The notes beneath the pieces are model-generated. The model was not told the origin of the DNA, did no database searches, and saw only the letters and a list, made by a program, of their open reading frames with translations. Both the position numbers and the translations under genes were made by a program. A stretch of 63,531 nucleotides of DNA, counting the filler, from Intoshia linei (Eukaryota > Animalia > Orthonectida), in NCBI GenBank assembly GCA_001642005.1. It is 7 parts of 7 records of this genome, joined end to end, with 100 filler letters (N's around TTAATTAATTAA, not from the genome) between each part and the next. Parts side by side here need not be neighbours in the genome. Positions count along the whole stretch, not along the records: positions 53,198 to 58,810 come from LWCA01001758.1; positions 58,911 to 61,180 come from LWCA01002353.1; positions 61,281 to 63,531 come from LWCA01002358.1; 4 more parts are not named here. The stretch is one strand, 5' to 3'. This document shows positions 57,254 to 63,531 of this stretch, piece by piece; position 1 is the first letter of the stretch, and each line of letters begins with the position of its first letter.

Positions 57254-57701
57254 TTAGTTTGAAATTTTATAAAATAAAATATCGATAATAAATAAAAGAT
57301 AGTCAACAGAATGACCAATATATGTTGATCATGTTACAGTAGAAACAATTAAACAATGAGATCACTCAATGCCAATGTGTGACCAAATCATATATTAATT
57401 ATAATTACAATATTGCATATAGAAACAAAATATTCAATACACATTGTACTATAATTGTATATCAATTTAGTACATTTAATAAAGCCAATTATCATTTTAG
57501 CTCAATGTTTATATCTAATACATCTAATTTCATCTCGTGTTTGAGTATTACAAAAATGTAGATTATAATTAGGTCTAACCGTTAGACTATAACCTAGTTT
57601 CAATTCATTTTCATGTCAACATTTAGCAAAATATTTATTAATTAATCCGATAATCAACAATTTACCAATACAAACAATTAATTACATTAATATTTATTAT
57701 G

Positions 57702-58585
57702 TTATCGAATTTCATCGCATGCAGCGTCCAAAAGTCGCACACAGTTCATGTGATTAGCAGATTTTGCATACCATATTGGGGCTTTGTTGTTTTGGTCACA
57801 CATATTTACATTTGCTTGTGCCTATAAAATGTATTAATTTCTATTATTCCATTAAATTTAAAGTTACTGGGTAGGGGTTTTCAATACTTATAATTAGATT
57901 AAATTTTTAGTAACCATTCCTTCTTATTTTTTTAGTACGTTCAGGGTCCAAGGATAAAATTCCCCGTCTTGCATATATATAAAAAATAAACACTATTTAG
58001 GTAATTATATATCTGACACCTCTTTAAAAAAGCAAATTAATTTCATTAGACATAATACATTGTAATATCTGCTCAAGTCTCAATAAAATAATTAAATGTC
58101 GTAAAAGTATATATTTATCCAGTGGTTTATAATAAAATACCCAAATTAGTAGTTGAACTGCAGATACATTTCCCAGAGTGGCTGCAATGTGAAGAGGTGT
58201 ACGATCATCGATTGGAACATTTAATCCCTTATTTAAAGCGTCAGGTGCACAATGGTATATTAAGGTTAACAATTCTGGTATATCATTTTGCACAATAGCA
58301 TCAGATATTCTCTAAAAATAAAATAATATAACTGAAACTAAACATAAACATATAAATAATACGTTTTGAATGGTTAAATTGGAAGGTTTAAGCTTTTTTA
58401 AATGTATTCTTTTAGAATATTTATCAATTATATATGTTTCTTTGTCTTCTCTAAAAATTCTTAATAATTCATAATCCTTTTAAACCTAGATGAGTAAACT
58501 GTAGGTTTTGTTACGGTTTTGGACTCTAAAATTTCATTTAAATTCCCATTTCCGATGCTTTGCATTATTGCTACATATTCAACGC
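57702..58585 (-). CDS. AGAP1: AGAP/centaurin-gamma ArfGAP-ankyrin protein, last four exons
   Basis: VAIMQSIGN..LNEILE...KPT..SSR / EDKETYIIDKY / RTPLHIAATLGNVSAVQLLIW / AQANV..D.....IWYAKSA...CVRLL. Upstream exons are lost at the gap. Confidence 0.85.
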
Positions 58586-58695
58586 TAAATTGAAAGACTA
58601 TAAATCAGTGATTCTCAACCTTTTTCCATTGGTGGAAAACAAGAAAATAACAAAATAGTAAAAATTTGTTGGCTGCTTACTAACAATTATACTAA

Positions 58696-58810
58696 TCTTC
58701 ACTTATATAATATGCTACGTAATATTTGTTTGTGTGTGTGGATTAGTGTCCCACTTTTTTTTTTATAGAAAAAGTATACCCCGGCAATGTTTCCCATTTA
58801 CCTCAAGGGT
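58696..58810 (+). mobile_element. Helitron 5' end in an AGAP intron
   Basis: A^TCTTCACTTATATAATATGC...TTTGTTTGTGTGTG. Confidence 0.65.
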
Positions 58811-59961
58811 NNNNNNNNNNNNNNNNNNNNNNNNNNNNNNNNNNNNNNNNNNNNTTAATTAATTAANNNNNNNNNNNNNNNNNNNNNNNNNNNNNNNNNN
58901 NNNNNNNNNNATAGTTTTTAAAATTTTAAATATTTATTTTGTTAAAATTTAACAGTAATTTTGTATCAATGTCAACAATATTACGATCGACAAATTTTTT
59001 TACATATCCCATTCTTTGTAATTGTTTTAATTCGACAGTTTTTCCATAAAAATATCAATTCGATCATTAACGGACTTGGTAGTGTGAAATAGAAATGAAT
59101 ATCTTTCTAATGTATTAATTTCAGTTGTAAATCGAGATAAATCACTTAACTTATTCATTATTATAAAACTTTTATAAACGAATAAATAAAGGAATGTAAA
59201 TAAAATTGTTACGCTAGTTACCGTTGAAATATTTAAAAATAAACCTCACATTTTATATATACTTTTGAAGATATAAATTGATTTAGGGCACACATTTTTA
59301 AAAAATTGACCATTTTTAATAGGCACATACGTTATTACACACTTTGAAGTATATGGTGTGACCATGGATTTTTTTGTGAACAGCTCTAATGTATAAATTA
59401 CCTGTAAATTTAAATTTCATTCCAATTGGTAATATTGAAACGCTTCCATTAAAAAAAAATGAATTTGAAAATACAAATTGATTAACTTTGTAATATTTTG
59501 CATATTGAGTATCCTGATTATTAACATTAACAAATTTTAAGTCAAATAATTACAAAACTCATTTCGGCAGAGTGCAATGGTTTCAATCTAGATTCAATCG
59601 TTGCTTTCAAGTCTAAAATAATTGAAATGGTGCCAATTTTCTCAACCTCTTTCTTTGATTTCATTGGTGGTGGGTTTAACTGTTTTTATAATTATAAGAT
59701 CATCATCGTCACTAAATTTGAATATATAGATTCAAATATCTATACCTTGACATGATCAACTGGTCTATATTCCTGAAATATATCACAATTTAACGTAGTA
59801 TCAAATTATGCTTAGTACGCATTGGTGGTCATGGTAAGTCTTCATGGTTACCTAGTTTGAAATTAAACTATATTGATAGTTTTGTAGTGTTTCGGAGTCT
59901 ACACTGTAGACTCTACAGTTGAAGACCAATGACGAGGAAGTGACTTTTAGTCATTCTAGAT

Positions 59962-60176
59962 CAGGAGTGCGCAACCTTTCCATCAATTCAGCCGCAAAGC
60001 TATTTTACTCATTGATACTACGGCCGCACAATTTAATTTAACATTGAGAGTTTAAATCCATTTTGATAAAAATATTTCCCTTGAATTTGAAGTAAAATGA
60101 TATATTGCATTATAATGGCATGGATTGCACACGGCCGCACATAAACGCTTTTACAGCCACAGGTTGTGCACCCCTG
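59962..60176. mobile_element. Buster-type hAT MITE
   Basis: CAGGAGTGCGCAACCT / AGGTTGTGCACCCCTG, perfect TSD TTCTAGAT, and GCCGCA subterminal repeats. Confidence 0.9.
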
Positions 60177-60562
60177 TTCTAGATGTATTAATCACTGCAC
60201 CATTCATCGACATTATAAAACGCTCAAATCGAGACATGGTATATTAAAATGTGACCACATTCACTGAGGGTTACTTATATAGGTTAGGTGTAACTATGCA
60301 TTTCTTGAATTTTCATAAAGGGTAAGTGATACTAAAATTTTGTCTAAATGCTAATTCATTGTAAATTGTCAACTATGTGGATTTCATTTGAATTATGAGG
60401 TGGTGTAACCATCATGTGTACGATTTTACACGAGGATAGAGACAATTGAGTGGTGTTGATATAATTAGTTTTTCTGCTTGAATTGATTAAAATCACTAAA
60501 ATTACTTCATTTGCAAAGAAAATAATGATAAATAACGGAATCGATATTTTAATAGTATAAAA

Positions 60563-60830
60563 CTAGCTTTACTGTTATGTACTTCGTACAAATAGCACCC
60601 AGCTCTGCCGAGGGTGAACTTTTTTAATTGTACAAAAAAATAATTGAATAATCAAATCTCACGAGAAAATTTCACTATTATAAATCCCTTAAAGGAGTGA
60701 CTCCCAAACTTGTTTCACTCCGGACCGGCCATTTCAATATATTTTAAAGTGCATTAATTACACTTCATTTTATTAACATTTGTGTAAACAATTTTTTAAT
60801 TTATTAGAGACAATGAGTGTATAATATACA
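60563..60830 (-). mobile_element. Helitron 3' part, interrupted by the TAGGGTGGACAT element
   Basis: CTAG, hairpin and CTCTGCCGAGGG; homology switches abruptly at about 60831. Confidence 0.75.
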
Positions 60831-60831
60831 C

Positions 60832-61180
60832 TAGGGTGGACATATTTTTCATAGTAAATAATTAATTTCAGATTTTCTGGAGGGACAAGTGAAAATTTTG
60901 TTTGTTTTATTAATCTATACATCTGTACAAAATTTAACAAGTCTACCATAATGTTATAGTTGTGCTCAAGGGCAAGAAATATATAAAAGTTGAGTTTTTT
61001 TGATTTTGATAAACGTTATGATTATAATAAAATGTTATCATAATATAACAATCAATAATTATATTTTTATTATTCATACGTATCTGTATACCAAATTTTA
61101 AAAGTCAGCGTTGATGTTAAATAGTCTTTATTAAATAAAATAGTAAATTACAGATAAATTGATATTTTTATTATCGTCAT
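60832..61180 (+). mobile_element. Unclassified DNA-transposon terminus (TAGGGTGGACAT family)
   Basis: Second copy of 39145-39366; runs into a gap. Confidence 0.6.
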
Positions 61181-61498
61181 NNNNNNNNNNNNNNNNNNNN
61201 NNNNNNNNNNNNNNNNNNNNNNNNTTAATTAATTAANNNNNNNNNNNNNNNNNNNNNNNNNNNNNNNNNNNNNNNNNNNNCTGTTGATATATACACCATA
61301 TCAAGAGATGTAAAGGGGTAGAAAGTTTGAATTCGATTTGGGAAAGGTTACATTTTTCACCTAGCACAATAGCTGTCGCGAACTGTAAATAATGTTAAAA
61401 AATATATTTAAATTGATATTGATAAAAATTTTTAGTTGGCACCCCTGGGGTGCCGACACCAGGGTTTAAGAATCTATAATTTAGCGTCTAAATTTTAG

Positions 61499-62096
61499 CG
61501 ATGAAAATACATTTAAATCTATTGAAGAATTATCAAATAGATTAAATGAAGATATTACAACATTAATTAAAGAATTTAATAAAAATATTGAAGTAGTTAT
61601 GCAATTTTCTACAAATTTGTCCGACAATTATTATGAATGTATTTCTACAACTTGCAAAAATACTCAAAAGCTTTTAATAGTAATAATACCAATTTATTTA
61701 TATTTATAAGCCATATTATAGGCCCATATGTCCGGGCCTATAATCATGAGGGCCTACTTTTTAAATGTATTAAACAGTTTTATTGGAAAACTTCTTAAGT
61801 ATACCAAATCTATCGTAAATTATAATAAAATGTTCAATTAACAGTCCAATTGGTAATTTTTAGATAGTGAATGATCCATTAAGAAATGCATAGAAGTACC
61901 ATTTTGAAAAAATTTTGATCGAATCTACAATTTCCACTTGGCCCAGTCCTACTGCTGAATTTCGCGGCTTTATCTATATCCGCTTATTTATGCCAAATAA
62001 TTTATATTTTTTTAGAATTTTGAATCTAATACGGTAAACTTAAACGAAATGGAAAGACAATTAAAATGTATTGAAACCATGAATAAAAATGTGTAA
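61499..62096 (+). CDS. BORCS6: Probable BORC subunit 6 (lyspersin) C-terminal coiled coil; partial
   Basis: Phase-matched exons 61499-61679 and 62016-62096. DENTFKSIEELSNRL..I..LI..F...I..V...S......Y aligns by eye with the BORCS6 pattern DPAVLRDLERLSREL..V..LL..L...V..L...S......Y. Confidence 0.45.
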
Positions 62097-62449
62097 ATAT
62101 CCTTTACCTATATAAAATGGAATGTTTATGTGTGTTACGTTCATTTAAAAAATGAACAGTCGTAGAATTTAAACAAACCCAATTTCTAATACAGTTTTCC
62201 CAGAGCGTGTTTATATCTATTTTTCAGTTTCAAAATTTGAGTCATTTAGTCAAAAACAGAATTTCCAATTTTTTTAAAATAAAATCAGTCCAAAAATTTA
62301 ATAAAACATACATTCTGGGATGCGTTTTAAAATTATTAACATTGTCGTAAATGTCAGCTTTGAAAACGCACACCTTAATAGTCAAAGCCACAAATTACTA
62401 TTTGTTTTAGATATGAAATATACCCTAAAATTTTATAAAAAACAAAATA

Positions 62450-62591
62450 AAATTAATTAACTTCAAGTTATTGGTAATAGTGAATAGTAGCATTTAGAAT
62501 AGTTATATTTTATTTTTTTGGTAGAATTATAAGTTTGTCCTCGGCAGATCTAGCTGCTGTTTGTACAAAGTACATAACAGTCAATATGGTA
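62450..62591 (+). mobile_element. Helitron 3' end
   Basis: CTCGGCAGATCTAGCTGCTGTTTGTAC-AAA-GTACATAACAGTCAA. Confidence 0.75.
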
Positions 62592-63039
62592 CAGAGGTGG
62601 GAAGCATTTACTGTTCAAAGGCCGCACTAACGCCCCAAAAACAATTAATAAGGTCGCACCTTTTTAATTAAAATTTAATCAAATACAGCAGTGCTTCTCA
62701 TGGGCATGACTGGTCACCCCATGGTGTTAATTTGATTAGGTGGTGAATACGAAAATTGTAAATGATTGGGGTGAATGATATATTTTTAGCATATTTTATT
62801 CAATTTAGTAAAATTTTATGAGAAAAAACTAAAATTTTACCTACCCTTCAGGAAAAAACCTAATTTTACTAAGCCTTAAGGAATAAAACCGCTTTTACAA
62901 ATATTTTTCTGAAAAATCCCATTTTACCAAAAATTAATATTTTAAATATAATAAATAAAATAATTTTAAATGAAAAGTAATTGAAATTGTTCAGAAGGAT
63001 GCACCAAATTGTCGATAAGATCGCACTTTCCCACCTCTG
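62592..63039. mobile_element. hAT MITE
   Basis: TIR CAGAGGTGGGAA / TTCCCACCTCTG; degenerate TSD ATATGGTA/ATCTAATA. Confidence 0.75.
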
Positions 63040-63205
63040 ATCTAATATATAACAGTGGTTTTAAACGGTGGGTGAATAGCCCCTTGGGCCGATTTTTCTA
63101 TTATTTCATAATATGCATAATTAAAAAAATTTTTATAAAAATTAATAAATAATCTCTAAAAAAAGTTTATAAATTATAGATTTGTCAAAATCTTTATATA
63201 TCATA

Positions 63206-63531
63206 CAGGGTGATTGGTAAGTAATGCCCGATTTTAAATTCCACATAATGCGGCAAAATGTCAGATTTCAGATTCTAAGAAAGTTATACGAATACAAGTG
63301 TATAATATAATTGATTAAGAATGTATTTAACAATAACAAAGAATAAATGAAAAGTTTCAAGAATGAACCTTAGTTTGTTCGACTCAAATGCTTGAACTGC
63401 CGACCTTCAACTACCAGGCAGCGTCGCAAACGATCAGTCACCGAGCGGCACATCGTTTGACAAATATTGGCGTTGATTGCTGAAATGTCCGTTGTGATTG
63501 TGTTTTTCAATTCTTCGATGCTTCTTGGGTT
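63206..63531 (-). mobile_element. Tc1/mariner-superfamily element (Tc3/DD41D-like), 3' end
   Basis: TA^CAGGGTG terminus. Open C-terminus NPRSIEELKNTI...C..V.DRLRRCLVVEGRQFKHL* with the stop at 63370-63372. Confidence 0.8.

Noticed and set aside
61438-61469. GGCACCCCTGGGGTGCC palindrome followed by AGGGTTTAA
   Set aside because: Probably a piggyBac-like MITE end, but the other end lies in the gap, so it cannot be supported.

Overview
This is a very AT-rich (roughly 25% GC by eye) scaffold from an animal genome, with many tiny GT-AG introns of about 33-65 nt and six N-gaps that each carry an artificial TTAATTAATTAA linker. Composition, intron size and gene content suggest a compact ciliated invertebrate, possibly the orthonectid Intoshia; this is inference, not verified. 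Host genes reconstructed by hand are: intronless MTA1-like; a secreted parallel beta-helix protein; a GILT/IFI30 exon; Flower/CACFD1 (absent from the ORF track) convergent with ATAT1; a stand-alone RdgB-type PITP convergent with MRP/ABCC1; UBE2S head-to-head with an incomplete USP36/42; LRRC9; the 3' part of an AGAP ArfGAP; a probable BORCS6; and one orphan ORF. Intergenic DNA and long introns are full of transposons. These include a multi-copy non-autonomous Helitron family (one complete copy with a nested CGGBP1-like hAT), Buster-type hAT MITEs, Chapaev3, Tc1/IS630/mariner, MULE and Ty3/Gypsy relics, and a Crypton-like hairpin. I saw no CRISPR array, rRNA or tRNA. I found no single clearly novel multi-gene system; the best leads are listed as findings.
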